64,000 nucleotides of DNA from Tortispora ganteri (lineage: Eukaryota): the NCBI GenBank assembly GCA_003707115.1, contig PPNB01000001.1:124001-188000 (forward strand), in the 5' to 3' direction. The notes beneath the pieces were generated by a model, which ran no database searches, was not told where the DNA came from, and was given only the letters and a program-made list of their open reading frames with translations. The position numbers and the translations under genes were made by a program. This document shows, in pieces, positions 1 to 11,704 of this stretch. Each line of letters begins with the position of its first letter. Within the stretch, counting starts at the first letter, position 1.

Positions 1-603
1 CTAAGTTATCTGCCGCCATAACAATTCCTCCTTTAAACTTAGTGGCTATAACTGAGGTGCCTGTCATTATCGGACTTTGCGTGTTCATTTTGCAACCTCC
101 AGATGCAGAATTATAGGGGCCATAAACATCATCACGGGGTCTTCCCCAATTATGCGGGCCCAATTCCATGATGTATCTTTAGTTCCTAGAGTTCTTGGTT
201 AAGCGCGACTGCAGTCTGTGGAGGGGGAAGTTCGCTCGTCTAAGCCAAGGAGTGTGTCATTTGCCTCACTTCTTTGGGTGTATCCATAGTAACCATGGGT
301 TCAAATTACCAATTTTATGAACGACTTCGATCCTAATTTGACCTGTTCAATGTCGCTAATATTCTTTGACTCAACATACAACCCTTGTATTGATAATGAA
401 AAATCTATTTCTACGCGAAAAGATATGAAGCAAAATAAACAAATATAAGAAAGAGTACACCCACCATTCTAAACTATCAGCACTTGCTGCCAAAGTTCGT
501 TAGAACGCATAAACAGGCCAGCAAATGCTAAAATGACCGAACGCAATTCAACAACGTCACTTAACGCATATTTCGTGGTATCAGGATATAAAAATATTTC
601 TCT

Positions 604-2373
604 TTAACACCAGAAATGATATGTACGAACCAAGAAGTTCTTTCTTGCCAATTCTTCGCGCTCTATACGTAGCTCTTCCTGAAGAGCATCCAAATCCAGC
701 TCCCGCCGACCAGAGGTGAGATCGGCAGTGCTAGGCTTGACAAATTTGGTTCTAAACCATATCTTGTAGCACAAGTAGTAGAATATGACTACCGGTGCGG
801 CAAGATATGACTGGAAGAATACTTCTGCGTCAGGAGCTTCACCTTGAGGCCACACTGATACCCAAAATGTAGCGATTAACACGAGAACATTGAAGATAAA
901 TCCAATGTACGAGCCAATTACACCAGCTTGACTTGTGAAAGGGATCTCATCGAGAGTATGTCCCTGTTTCTTCCAAGCGATCCGGAAAAGAACATGGCAT
1001 AAACAGATAGATCCCCAAGTGAAAATGGACGACAAACCGGACAAAGCAAGTAGCCAGGCAAAAATGTCACCTTCAGCTGGTGATGCAGCAACAAATCCTA
1101 AAAGACCAAAAATCAAAGTGGTGCAAACTGAAACAAGGGGACGGCCGTTGCGATCAATGTAAGAGAAGATTTTAGGAGCCATGTTTTGTTGTGCCAATGC
1201 ACAGAGGGTACGCGAGCAGCCATAAATTGATGAATTGCCGACAGACAACACAGCAATCAAAATGACAGCGTTGATTATGGAGGGGAGGACGTTGATTTGC
1301 GCATTAACAACAGCAATAACAAATGGAGATGCTTTGGCGTCTACAGACGAGTCACCAATGAGTCTTGGGTCAGTGTATGGTACTAGAAGACCAACAATCG
1401 TGAGCGCAACAATATAAAACAAGGTAATACGCCAGAACACTTGCTTGGCAGCCTTTGGCAATGTTTTACGAGGGTTGGCGGTTTCAGCAGCTGCAAGACC
1501 GACTAATTCAGTTCCAGCAAAGGAGAACGCTGCAGTTACGAAAACGCTGCAGAGACCTTTGAATCCATGGTTGAATGCGCCGGGATCTTGCCAGTAAGTT
1601 CCACCTATATATCCACCAACAGGTCCACCTCCGCAAATAATAATGATGCCGAGAATGATAAAACCAACCACTGCAATGACCTTAATTAGGGAGAAAATAA
1701 ATTCGGCTTCACCATAGCCCTTTACGCCAAAGAAATTTATAAACACAATACAGACCCAAAATATCGCGACAAAAGCGGCTGGAGATATCGATGTTGTCCA
1801 ATATTGCACTGTGATTGAGGCTGCAACAAGTTCAAGAGGAAAAACAACAAGCCATTGCATAGCATAATTCCAACCCATGGCGAAACCCCACGCAGGGTCA
1901 ATGAATCGAGTGGAGTATACTGAGAAAGCACCAGACACAGGGAAAAGCACTGCTAACTCACCAAGAGCGTGGACAGTGCAGTACAACATGATACCAATGA
2001 GACCGAAAGCAATCAATAGTGAGGCTGGCCCACCGTTACTCAATGCTTTACCCGATCCTACAAAGAGACCTGTTCCAATAGAGCCACCAATGGCAATCAT
2101 CTGAAGATGCCTGCCTTTCAGACTCCGGTTGAGAGGAGACTTAGCGAGTCTGATCTTGACGGCCTCTTCATCGAAAGTTCTACCACTCTTTCGAGACACG
2201 GCTTCTATTTCTGCTTTTTCTTCTGGACTGAACTCGTATGGTTTAAAGGAATCCGCAAATCTTTTAAACATACCAGAATTCTGATCAGAATGAGTATAGG
2301 TGACATCTCCAATATCAGAATTAGAAGAGTAATCTCCAGTTTCTTCAACTTTTGTGAACTTGTCTTCAGACAT
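604..2373 (-). CDS. GAP1: General amino acid permease (APC/YAT family)
   Basis: 589 aa with RHLQMIAIGGSIGTGLFVGSG and FSFAGTELVG motifs, about 12 TM segments, and C-terminal FWC. The upstream region has several GATAAG sites. Confidence 0.88.
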   Translation of the reverse strand: MSEDKFTKVEETGDYSSNSDIGDVTYTHSDQNSGMFKRFADSFKPYEFSPEEKAEIEAVSRKSGRTFDEEAVKIRLAKSPLNRSLKGRHLQMIAIGGSIGTGLFVGSGKALSNGGPASLLIAFGLIGIMLYCTVHALGELAVLFPVSGAFSVYSTRFIDPAWGFAMGWNYAMQWLVVFPLELVAASITVQYWTTSISPAAFVAIFWVCIVFINFFGVKGYGEAEFIFSLIKVIAVVGFIILGIIIICGGGPVGGYIGGTYWQDPGAFNHGFKGLCSVFVTAAFSFAGTELVGLAAAETANPRKTLPKAAKQVFWRITLFYIVALTIVGLLVPYTDPRLIGDSSVDAKASPFVIAVVNAQINVLPSIINAVILIAVLSVGNSSIYGCSRTLCALAQQNMAPKIFSYIDRNGRPLVSVCTTLIFGLLGFVAASPAEGDIFAWLLALSGLSSIFTWGSICLCHVLFRIAWKKQGHTLDEIPFTSQAGVIGSYIGFIFNVLVLIATFWVSVWPQGEAPDAEVFFQSYLAAPVVIFYYLCYKIWFRTKFVKPSTADLTSGRRELDLDALQEELRIEREELARKNFLVRTYHFWC

Positions 2374-2541
2374 GATGTGAATGGATTTTGATAGGTGAGT
2401 GTAAAAGCAGGGTTGAGTTCGAGGTTTCCTAGTTTTGTACTCGTAAATTGATGATAAAGGGAGTAAGTAAAGCTTACTAAATAACCTCTTTTTTTTTAGT
2501 GCGACGAACTAAAAATAAGCCGAAAGAGGATTGCTGCTATA

Positions 2542-4162
2542 GATAAGAAGCTGAGATGAGATGCAAGACAAGTGAAGCTGAAATATGCAATTCACTTAGA
2601 GTTTTGATTCGAGCAAGAAATTCGCGTCTAAGTAATGCAAAACGTGCGAACCAAAAGACAAAAAATAATGAAGATAGTTGAATGGAGAGGGTTGCAAGAC
2701 GGTTAATATATATAGGCGTCGGACGACAGTATGCTACTTACGTTGTAAGTAGTATTAGTCTTAGCAGCTGTTTTCATTCATTAAGTTCAGTGGCTTTTGG
2801 CTTCGGCAACTCTAAAACAGGGTTCAAATCTAGGATGTCAGCCAATGTTGAATGCGTTATAGTATCTAAAGTTTTTGCGGCGTAACAAATCAGCTAATAA
2901 GCTTCACAGGGCTCTACTTTGACGAATTGGATGCTTTAATTGCCAAACGTACTTATCGGGCAAAGCCGCAAAGTTCCAAGGAATTTCCTCATGGAGGAGT
3001 GATCAGCCTTATTTTACTTATTTAAAGGGTTTGCCTGGTGCTTGGAAAGCTTAAAGATGTTCCTGACGTCTGTGCGTATCTTGCCAGATGGATGCTTGAA
3101 ACGGGCCCATTATTCAACGCTCATTACCTTATGAGATTTAATAAAACTGATAAGGTACAGAAACGCTGTAGTAGCGGAAGAGTTTAATAATGAAGTCACA
3201 TATTTTAAATGATACGCTGCTACAATAACGCCACGACTTGAAAGGTACTCCATTGATGTTAGCACGGCGAACGATGAGACTAGTAAGAAGCGTGCTTATG
3301 GGATGGTGGCTGCAATTGCTTGTGTTGCGGGATTACTGAACACTTATGATTTCAGTATTTAGTGAGTTCACAAATTAGAAGAAAGCCATACCAATGGGGA
3401 TGAATGAACTATGCGGCTCTGTTTGCCAGAGTAAGATAAGAAGCATGGACCTATCATCAGAAATATGCATGATGTAGTCAGTCCTCTCGACAAGGCTCGA
3501 GGCATATAAGGTTTCTCATTTTATCGTAGAACGGATAACGAAAAAAGATTAACGCTTGAAAAGGGAAGAATGATCGAAAAACTATAGCAAGAACCTTGGG
3601 ATAGTTTTTCTTTAGGCTAGCTATATTACAAGCTAGTGATAGGCCGTTAAGTGGGAATTTAGTATAATACGGCACTATTGGTAGGGAAATACACCCTCCT
3701 ATTATCTACATATTTGCGAATATACGATATTTAGCTCCTGAGGCGGGGTGCCACTGAAGCATTGCCGCTGAGTGAGAACTGCCAAACTCCCCGTCATAAA
3801 GTTCATGCGGCCATGAGCCATTCAACTGAAAGCCCTAAAAACTTAACCTTGTTGCCAAATAGGAGAATCATTTGCTAACGAAAAGAATCGTGAGCATTTG
3901 GTACAGATAACGAAAAAGTCCATTTTGTTAAGTAGATAACAAAAATTGGTTGTGTGATTAGACTTATTTCGGCCAAGCAAAACTGATCGATAAAGATATT
4001 AAAGCAACTTTGTGATACTTTCTCTCACACTTTGTCATTATGTCACATTTATTCCTATTCGCGCTAAGCTTTAAAAGTAAACCCTAACTACTACGCCGCC
4101 CGTGTGGTCTTATCCACTCATATCTATGACCCATTAGAGTTATATGCATAGTTAATGATAAG
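2542..4162. promoter_or_regulatory. Cluster of GATA (Gln3/Gat1/AreA-type) sites upstream of GAP1
   Basis: GATAAG/CTTATC at 2542, 2952, 3149, 3435, 4109 and 4157. TATA-like TATATATA near 2707. Confidence 0.5.
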
Positions 4163-4398
4163 CAATGATAGAAGGGGTCAGGTAAAATTGGCATCGCCGA
4201 AACTGTGCTGCTGTCTCAATTTTCGATACTGCGGCTTTCGACGGTGATCTGCTTGAATAGTCAGTCAATTGCGTTCGTGGAGAGCTGGGTGTCGTACGAT
4301 TGGTATTACTAGCGAAACAGCATACATATACAATAGTGGAAAGTACATGATTTTTTTCTTCATACGTAATTATTAAACTGATGCATTGTCTGAATATG

Positions 4399-5115
4399 TT
4401 AAGCCGCACGTGCGCTTAACGTATCGTTGAACAAAGCTATGGCTTTGGCGGATGGCTTCGTCCATGGTTCCGGCTCGATGTATCCAGATAAAATCTGGGC
4501 AACTTTTTGTGCTTGGAATAAAGGGGAGCGTTCGTCATTTCCCGTTAGCTCCTCATAGATATACACGGCCTGTACATATCTTTCACCTCCAATGGCCATA
4601 TCTACCCATGCTTCGGCCAAGTTCAACGCTATATTGTCCTGTGCCCATTTTTTTGCATTCTGAACTGCTGCATCAGCTTCCTGGAGTCTTCCAGTAGCGA
4701 TCAGAATTTGTGCTAATAGTGCCACAGCATCAATGCTATCTTCTGCAGTTCTTGCAGTAGAGATAGCCTCTTCAACGCGACCTCCTCGATAGAGCACCAT
4801 CGCAGCAAGGGGCGCAGTGTAGCTATCGTAAGGAGCCAGTTCAGCTACCATGTCGACTGCCAATTCAGGATCATCATAAGCCTGCGCTAAAGCTACAACG
4901 GCTTGTAACTTAGTACCTCTTACGCCTTGAAGGCCTTCTAATACGCCAACGTGGTCGCCAATAGCTATTCTAGCCTTCGCAACAATCATTAGAGCTAGTT
5001 CTCGAAGCTCGGGTGAAAAGTTTTCTGGACTTGTACTGAGCACTTTATTATAGTCACCTAAATAGAAGTCTCTGTGCAGCTGGTATAATTCCCCTGATGG
5101 ATCTAGAAATTCCAT
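4399..5115 (-). CDS. SEC28: Coatomer epsilon subunit (epsilon-COP), shortened
   Basis: N-terminus DPSGELYQLHRDFYLGDY and AKKWAQDNIALNLAEAWVDMAIGGERYVQAVYIYEEL are typical of epsilon-COP. First plausible ATG is at 5115. Confidence 0.8.
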   Translation of the reverse strand: MEFLDPSGELYQLHRDFYLGDYNKVLSTSPENFSPELRELALMIVAKARIAIGDHVGVLEGLQGVRGTKLQAVVALAQAYDDPELAVDMVAELAPYDSYTAPLAAMVLYRGGRVEEAISTARTAEDSIDAVALLAQILIATGRLQEADAAVQNAKKWAQDNIALNLAEAWVDMAIGGERYVQAVYIYEELTGNDERSPLFQAQKVAQILSGYIEPEPWTKPSAKAIALFNDTLSARAA

Positions 5116-5310
5116 TGTTCTATATGTTTTACGGCAACAAGTAGAGGTATTTTCGTCGCCTTTAGTAGGCACATGTTGTCCCATAGCAACCACCCACTAT
5201 ATTTCGCGTTTGTTCTAATGCACAATAACAAGCACATCATTGAACCCGCACATTTGGCATTTATCATTGTATACATGGGTTCGTATTCGCTGAGACTTGA
5301 ATAAATATAA

Positions 5311-8300
5311 ATGATTCTTACTCCATATCTTACTGTTTCTATCTTGTTAGAAGATCTGGCGTGTGAAGGCCGTCGTGGCTTAAGCTTAGATGAGTTATGG
5401 AACAGAGCTGCTACAGTTATACCAGGGTTCGATCCCCGATTCAAGCCGGTTATATGGAAATGGCTATTATCGCGCACAAAAGACATTCGAGTGCAAATAT
5501 CGAAAATAAAGCCTTCCGAGATTTCAAATAATAAGTTCACAGTTGATAATTATGAATCAATAGAGCAGATCTACAAAGATCATATAAAAATCGCCGCTTC
5601 GAATGAGGTAATTTGGAAGTTCTTGACTGGCAAACACGAAAATGAGAACTATGAAATTACTCCTTTGTTATTTGATATTCTGTCTATAGTTGCGAAAGGC
5701 AGAGGCGCTGGCGCTACTGTCACGGAAATTGCTTCTCAGACTGGTCAGGACCCAAGGTCACTTTTTAGTAGAGTGAGTCGTCTAGTTCGAATGGGTTTGG
5801 TTGTAAAACGACCATTTGTCCAAAATGGTGTTAATACTAATATTGTGACTTTAAGCAAGTTTTTGAAAAGTTTTCATGCAGATTTAAACGAGTCAACTAC
5901 GCATACCCCTTATACCGACCTCTCTTCGCTTTGTCGACGAATCTTGGATTCTTTGAAGTCTGCCAAAAATAATATAAGGCAAACAGATGATCTGCGTCAT
6001 GAGCTTAACTGTTCTGAAACCTCTGAAAAACGTAAACAATTCTTGCGTGCTATAGCCAGGCTTTCTGCCGATGGCTTTCTGCGTAGAGTCAAGGTTCAAT
6101 CGCTGACCGGCTCAGTTCAATCCTTTTCTGATCATTCCATTCTACCAGAAAACGCTAAAAATCAAAATTTAATCAAATGTATTCAATTATTGAGGAGCAC
6201 TGATATGCGCAAACTGGAAAGTTCCCTACCCATCGACAGAAATTTTCCAGAAAATGATGATCAAGAACAACAGCCCGCACCATACGACAATATAGCAAAC
6301 AAGAATGTTACTGTTATTCGTTCTTCTTTCTCCCGTTTTTATCCACTTGAATTACAGGTTTATAACTTGGTGTTATCCTCGAATAGATCTGGTATGACAT
6401 CTATAGATCTGAACGACCACTTCGCTATTGAGAATTCCTTTCAAAGACCATTATCTGGTATTCTGGAGAGGTACTCACTTTCGTTTAACCCGAAAAAGGG
6501 TAAAAGTTTAAAAGGCTACGACTTTGTTAAAGTATCGGATACATCAGGGAAATTGGTTGTATTTCGGTGTTTTATTGCTGTGTTTGCAGAATCCGTTGGT
6601 GTACGACTGTCAGACACTCACTCATTACCTCACTATGACTTAAAGCACCAAGCAAGACAGAAAGGAACTAAAAATGATACAAAATTTTTGGATGCGTCAT
6701 TAAAGATAGATATGCACCCTATAACAGTGTCTAATAACAACGGAGAGGTCATTATTGATTGGAAGCCCTCCATATCACTAGCTTCACATACAGGAGCTGC
6801 CATGAAACAAACTAGACCTCGAGGTAGACCACGAAAATACCCAAAGGAACAAACCGATGAAACAAACTTGAGTACATCTGTGAAGAGAGTTCGGGGGAGA
6901 CCTAGGAAGTATCCTGTCCCACAAGGAAGCATTGACGAATTTAGTTCTATGTCAGAGATTCGAGGAGCAGAGCTAGGATGTCCTTCTGGATTGGAGATAA
7001 AGGAAATTAGGCAATGTCACGATATTGATGATGACCAAGAGTTAACAGGAACACGAAAACAACTTGTGGAAGAGCAAAAGCAACCGGTGGAAGAGCAAGA
7101 GCAACCTGTGGAAGAGCAAGAGCAACCGGTGGAAGAACAAGAGCAACCCGTTATAGTGTTTGCTTCTGACACAGACGATGAGTTAAAACCACTTCCAAAG
7201 AAGGCCAAGATAAAAAGACATTCAGAAAAGACGTATGTCAACGTGGCTGCTGAATTGCGTCAAAAGAATATTATGACCCTATTGAACGAATCCAATAATG
7301 TTATGCTCCTTGGTCAAAATATAGCCTCTAAATTCCAGGAACGCTTCCTCTCGCCAAATGACCCTCGAATTGATAAACGTACTTTGATGAGAGATATATA
7401 CGCTTTGGAAAGCAAAGGACTAGTGAGGAAGTCTTGCGTCATGCAGTCCACTGCTACTGGGAAAAATATGGCCAAGTGGTTCTTGGTCAACACGAGCCTA
7501 GACATCAACTCAGAATATGTGAAAGAAACCCAAGAGAAACTAATCGAGCAGGAAAAAGCGAGGTCAAATATCACAAAGCCTTTAGACGTCATTCAAGAAG
7601 AAGTCTCATATTACTCTATACCTCCTATTACGTTTGCGTGCAACTCACACCTTGACAAGAAGGTGGACAAGGTAATTGACACGATAAATGAATTGTCAGA
7701 AGAGGGTTCCGTCAAAGCCAGCGCAGAAATATCTACTCGTGCTAAGCGTAGTACGAATATAAAGTCTGACAGTGTTATGATTCGCACGTCGCGCAGACAT
7801 AAACTTGCTCGAGCAGCATCAGGCTCTGCGAAATTTCGTGCTCCACTCAGAAGTATACGCACAGAAACCGATGCTCAAAAATCCAAGTCTCCTTCTCCTA
7901 AACCAGATACTGAAGGTGCTATATCTTCAGCTTTGAAACAGAAACCTCCGCGATTTACACGTCAGGACGCTGATACATTGCTAAGAGTAGTTGTGATCGT
8001 TCGCTCCTTGTTTTCTCCTGGTAGTGGCGTGATTGACTGGTCATTGATAGCCCGCTTATTTAATCACGCATACACTATTGACTTTTTGAGGACTCGTTGG
8101 GCAAAGGTTCGTGATTTTTATGGAGGCTCTAAAATGATTGCGTCGTTCAATGAACGATGGGAAGAGCTGTATATAGATGGTTACAGGAAAGGTGTCTTAG
8201 GAAAATTTGACCCGGATAATTTTGATGTGTTTTTTTACGTGGAATTCTGGCGAAATAATGAATCTAAAGCGTCTAAGATCATTGGCGTCGACAGACTGGG

Positions 8301-9375
8301 AACCATTGACGATATTGATTCGTTATTATTACAACATTACGTCCATACGGACCCTTCTATCATTTCTATTGAAACTGAATGGAATGGCGATATAATGCAG
8401 GAATCGTCACACATTCGATTATTATCTGATATTTTACAGGACGCTTCTTCAGATGTTAAAAAAATGCATGCGCTGACGGAAGCTTGTTTCTCATACAGCA
8501 AAGAAAGTAAGAAGAACGGTACAAAATCTACAGACGTAAAGTCTGAAAAAGCATTGCGATTGATTCGTGCAATTATTAACACTCCGGAAGAGACGTACGA
8601 TGCCGCAGCAGCTGATGTTGCATTATCAAGATTAGGAGAGAACACTGTGAAAAACAGTTTAAACATGTTGGAAAGGATTAAGGCGTTAGTACACATTCAA
8701 GGAACTGCCGGAAAACAAATACCAGGAAGAAATTATGTTTTCTCTGAACGTGCACTTTCTCTGCTACACTCTAGATACCACCTTAGCCTTGAGGAACTAC
8801 TTCAAGCTGATATGTATTACATGAAACTGGAGGAGAAGTGCAAAGATGGAGTTAAACTGCCCCGAATTCACGAGAATGCCAACATGCTTGCGCTCGTATC
8901 TCTAATAAGCAGTCAAAATGATGTTCGACTTGAGAGGGATAATATTGCTAAAGGGTCGCTTGTGGATGGCTATTTGTCACGCGCTGTGGATAAAGACAAG
9001 CTGGAATTTGATTTGACGCTACGCGGTACAGTACTGCTCAGCTCCATAGGTAAGAAGCCTAGCCGTTTATTAATAAAAAAGCCACCAATAGACGCAGTAA
9101 ATGGTGAGTTTATGTCATGGCTTGATGTTACATGTACGAGTGTCAATGAAGAGTTTTGGACTGAAATTGTTTGCTACGTTTTGTGGACCATAGAGACATC
9201 GCCGTTTATTAGTCTTACATCGCTTACTTACAGATGTCGGTATTTCTTGACACTTCAGGAGGTAAATTATATTCTTAATTTTCTGCATGACATTGGATGT
9301 GTTGATCAGGATGGTTTGAACGGGATCATTTTAACTACTGACTGGTTTCGACATTGCTTCGTTCGTGGGATGTGA
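5311..9375 (+). CDS. TFC3: TFIIIC largest (B-block binding) subunit tau138/Sfc3
   Basis: N-terminal LLEDLACEGRRG, winged-helix TGQDPRSLFSRV and IPGRNYVFSE motif, plus two AT-hooks (RPRGRPRK, RVRGRPRK). Confidence 0.85.
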   Translation: MILTPYLTVSILLEDLACEGRRGLSLDELWNRAATVIPGFDPRFKPVIWKWLLSRTKDIRVQISKIKPSEISNNKFTVDNYESIEQIYKDHIKIAASNEVIWKFLTGKHENENYEITPLLFDILSIVAKGRGAGATVTEIASQTGQDPRSLFSRVSRLVRMGLVVKRPFVQNGVNTNIVTLSKFLKSFHADLNESTTHTPYTDLSSLCRRILDSLKSAKNNIRQTDDLRHELNCSETSEKRKQFLRAIARLSADGFLRRVKVQSLTGSVQSFSDHSILPENAKNQNLIKCIQLLRSTDMRKLESSLPIDRNFPENDDQEQQPAPYDNIANKNVTVIRSSFSRFYPLELQVYNLVLSSNRSGMTSIDLNDHFAIENSFQRPLSGILERYSLSFNPKKGKSLKGYDFVKVSDTSGKLVVFRCFIAVFAESVGVRLSDTHSLPHYDLKHQARQKGTKNDTKFLDASLKIDMHPITVSNNNGEVIIDWKPSISLASHTGAAMKQTRPRGRPRKYPKEQTDETNLSTSVKRVRGRPRKYPVPQGSIDEFSSMSEIRGAELGCPSGLEIKEIRQCHDIDDDQELTGTRKQLVEEQKQPVEEQEQPVEEQEQPVEEQEQPVIVFASDTDDELKPLPKKAKIKRHSEKTYVNVAAELRQKNIMTLLNESNNVMLLGQNIASKFQERFLSPNDPRIDKRTLMRDIYALESKGLVRKSCVMQSTATGKNMAKWFLVNTSLDINSEYVKETQEKLIEQEKARSNITKPLDVIQEEVSYYSIPPITFACNSHLDKKVDKVIDTINELSEEGSVKASAEISTRAKRSTNIKSDSVMIRTSRRHKLARAASGSAKFRAPLRSIRTETDAQKSKSPSPKPDTEGAISSALKQKPPRFTRQDADTLLRVVVIVRSLFSPGSGVIDWSLIARLFNHAYTIDFLRTRWAKVRDFYGGSKMIASFNERWEELYIDGYRKGVLGKFDPDNFDVFFYVEFWRNNESKASKIIGVDRLGTIDDIDSLLLQHYVHTDPSIISIETEWNGDIMQESSHIRLLSDILQDASSDVKKMHALTEACFSYSKESKKNGTKSTDVKSEKALRLIRAIINTPEETYDAAAADVALSRLGENTVKNSLNMLERIKALVHIQGTAGKQIPGRNYVFSERALSLLHSRYHLSLEELLQADMYYMKLEEKCKDGVKLPRIHENANMLALVSLISSQNDVRLERDNIAKGSLVDGYLSRAVDKDKLEFDLTLRGTVLLSSIGKKPSRLLIKKPPIDAVNGEFMSWLDVTCTSVNEEFWTEIVCYVLWTIETSPFISLTSLTYRCRYFLTLQEVNYILNFLHDIGCVDQDGLNGIILTTDWFRHCFVRGM
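7066..7149 (+). repeat. Coding minisatellite, 4 x 21 bp (VEEQ[K/E]QP) in TFC3
   Basis: gtggaagagcaa(a/g)agcaaccN occurs four times in tandem, with one synonymous change in the last copy. Confidence 0.9.
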
Positions 9376-9578
9376 TTTTGGTCATGTCGCTCTTAAGTGT
9401 AATGGGGCGATCGATAGTCCACAACCACGCTTTTACTTTTGCCTCTTCACTTGCTGTGCTAAATTGCGTCATATTGAGCGCAATCAGGTTCAACACAAAT
9501 ATATATTTATTGAACTAAATTTATGACGGTTTAGGTTTTTATTAAGATTGTGATTCAGTTTAGTTGTATTTTCATGAA

Positions 9579-10802
9579 ATGCGTGTACCTGCAACCATTG
9601 ATTACGTGCGTGATTTGAGCAGCTTAAAGCCAGATGACATTATCTGCTCGCTATTGGCCGATAATAACCAATACATTCATTTAGAATACAGAGATGGACA
9701 ATTGCATATGAATCGTACAGATAGCGCTATAGACACCGTGCCAATAGCACGTATTATTCCAGACTGGCCGAACCTCCATGTCATAGAAAGCGTCACCGCA
9801 GGCAAAGCTGAAGGTACATCATATGATAATGTGATTAAACCGCTACTCGAAATGCTGGAAATAGATCATATATATCATAAAACAGAAGATATAAACACCA
9901 TAACTAAGCTTGCGTCCTCAATAGCAAAGGAAAAGAATGATACGACTGTACTAATGATTTCAGGTGATACAAGTTTGATGGAACTTCTGAACGAACTGTA
10001 TATAGGAGAGGTAGATAACTTGAAACTTTTGATATTTCCTGCAGGTTCTGGTAATGCGTTGGCTACATCTATCGGTATTGATGTCTCAAGGTCTATAGCA
10101 ATACTCGCTGGGTGCGATCATCAAGACCAGTTAATCCCATTGTTCCCTATTCTGTTACCTGCAACTTCCAAACGCGTATATACGTTGGGGGACAATGACG
10201 CTATGCATTCTGGTAGATTTGATATTCCAGGAAAGTACAATGAAGCAAACACAGAGGTCACAGTGTATGCTGTCGTTGTAGCTTCGTGGGCTTTGCATGC
10301 GGCCCTGGTGGCCGATTCCGATTCACCTGAATATCGCAAACTTGGAAACGAAAGGTTTAAGGTAGCCGCCAAGGAGAATTTAGAGAGAGAAGAAGGGTAT
10401 TGCTGCTCAATAGACATTACTTACATGGTTGACCAGAAAGAGGCTAAGGACGCCGAGAAGCAATACTCTTATGTACTTTTCAGCTCTGTTCCGCAGCTGG
10501 AACCTGGTTTTTTAATTGCTCCAAAAGCTGTGCCGCTAAGTGGCAAGCTAACTTCTATACTAATGAATATGCTGCCAAGTGACGATGTCATGAGTCTGCT
10601 TATGAAAGCATATGAGAGCGGATCACATGTCAAAGATCCGCATATTGTTCATGAAGAAGTTGAACGTGCTAGTCTTAAGATTAACGAAGGTGAAGAGCGC
10701 AAAAGAAGAATTTGCATAGACGGTGCCATTTATGTTTTGCCGGAAGGCGCCTTAATAAAGATCCTGCCGGCTGTGTACCCATCGGTGAAACTCGTATATT
10801 GA
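9579..10802 (+). CDS. Diacylglycerol/sphingosine kinase-like (DAGK catalytic domain) protein
   Basis: ISGDT, PAGSGNALA, SWALHAALVADSD and ICIDG motifs. First ATG is at 9579; the ORF track starts at an upstream TTG. Confidence 0.75.
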   Translation: MRVPATIDYVRDLSSLKPDDIICSLLADNNQYIHLEYRDGQLHMNRTDSAIDTVPIARIIPDWPNLHVIESVTAGKAEGTSYDNVIKPLLEMLEIDHIYHKTEDINTITKLASSIAKEKNDTTVLMISGDTSLMELLNELYIGEVDNLKLLIFPAGSGNALATSIGIDVSRSIAILAGCDHQDQLIPLFPILLPATSKRVYTLGDNDAMHSGRFDIPGKYNEANTEVTVYAVVVASWALHAALVADSDSPEYRKLGNERFKVAAKENLEREEGYCCSIDITYMVDQKEAKDAEKQYSYVLFSSVPQLEPGFLIAPKAVPLSGKLTSILMNMLPSDDVMSLLMKAYESGSHVKDPHIVHEEVERASLKINEGEERKRRICIDGAIYVLPEGALIKILPAVYPSVKLVY

Positions 10803-11704
10803 AAGGCACCAATTGCACGGCACAGTGATACAGTCGATTAGTTATTACAGTTGCGATTGCGATTGCAATCGCTGGACTAATCGGCAAAGTTTATTCTCAA
10901 TAGCATTCTGATACCCACGCGAGTTGCATTACACATGTTATAAGGCTTGTTGCAAGATTCTGGCCATCTTGGAAAGAAAGTTAAAGAGTGCAGAACCGCT
11001 CAGCGTCCGAGACAATGACACTGATTTCAACTAGCCGGTTTGTACAGCTTGAACGCGGTGACACAGATTGATGTCTTCTGCTTGTGACTACTGCTTATAA
11101 ACATATGCGACATAAGATACAGCCAAGATAACTTACGATTAACTAGTCTGTTATGTGCAGGCAACTAGTAAATCTGTATCTAGCTCCTCGGCAGTAATAA
11201 GGTTATGTCACGTCACACGTTTCACGCTGAACGCGATACTCAGTATGAGTACAGTTTACTGCGCCGCTTTCTATTACTGAGACAGCTGACTTTTTCTTTT
11301 GGTTTTCGTGGCAGTAGAAATGAAGATGGAATATAAAGAACATAGGCATTATGTGCTATAAGTGGTTTTCTCTCTTAGAACAAATGCTTAGTGCCCAATG
11401 GGCTACCAAACTAATGAATCCATATCGCCGTGCGATTTAAGGTTTTATTATCATTGATACCCCGGATTACGCTACGTGTGGGCGTAAAAGTGTCGCGCAG
11501 TCGGTCACAATTAATATATAAATGAAGAGGCAATTGATCTTTTTATTGTTTATATTTTCTTAATTGAGTATGCTTTGAAAGGACATTTAGTGCGTGCTTA
11601 TACAAGACACACTACATTAGCTTAAGCCCCAATCACTTATCACCAAATAACCTTCACAACGACGTGCAAGCAGAAGGTCGGACAACATAATAGCGACTTA
11701 AATT

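Noticed and set aside
7017..7241. Minus-strand Cys/Ser repeat ORF (TGCSCSS)n resembling a metallothionein
   Set aside because: It is the antisense of the TFC3 minisatellite.
10853..10873. GCGATT repeats and the GCGATTGCAATCGC palindrome
   Set aside because: It is short and isolated in a 3'UTR, with no supporting context.
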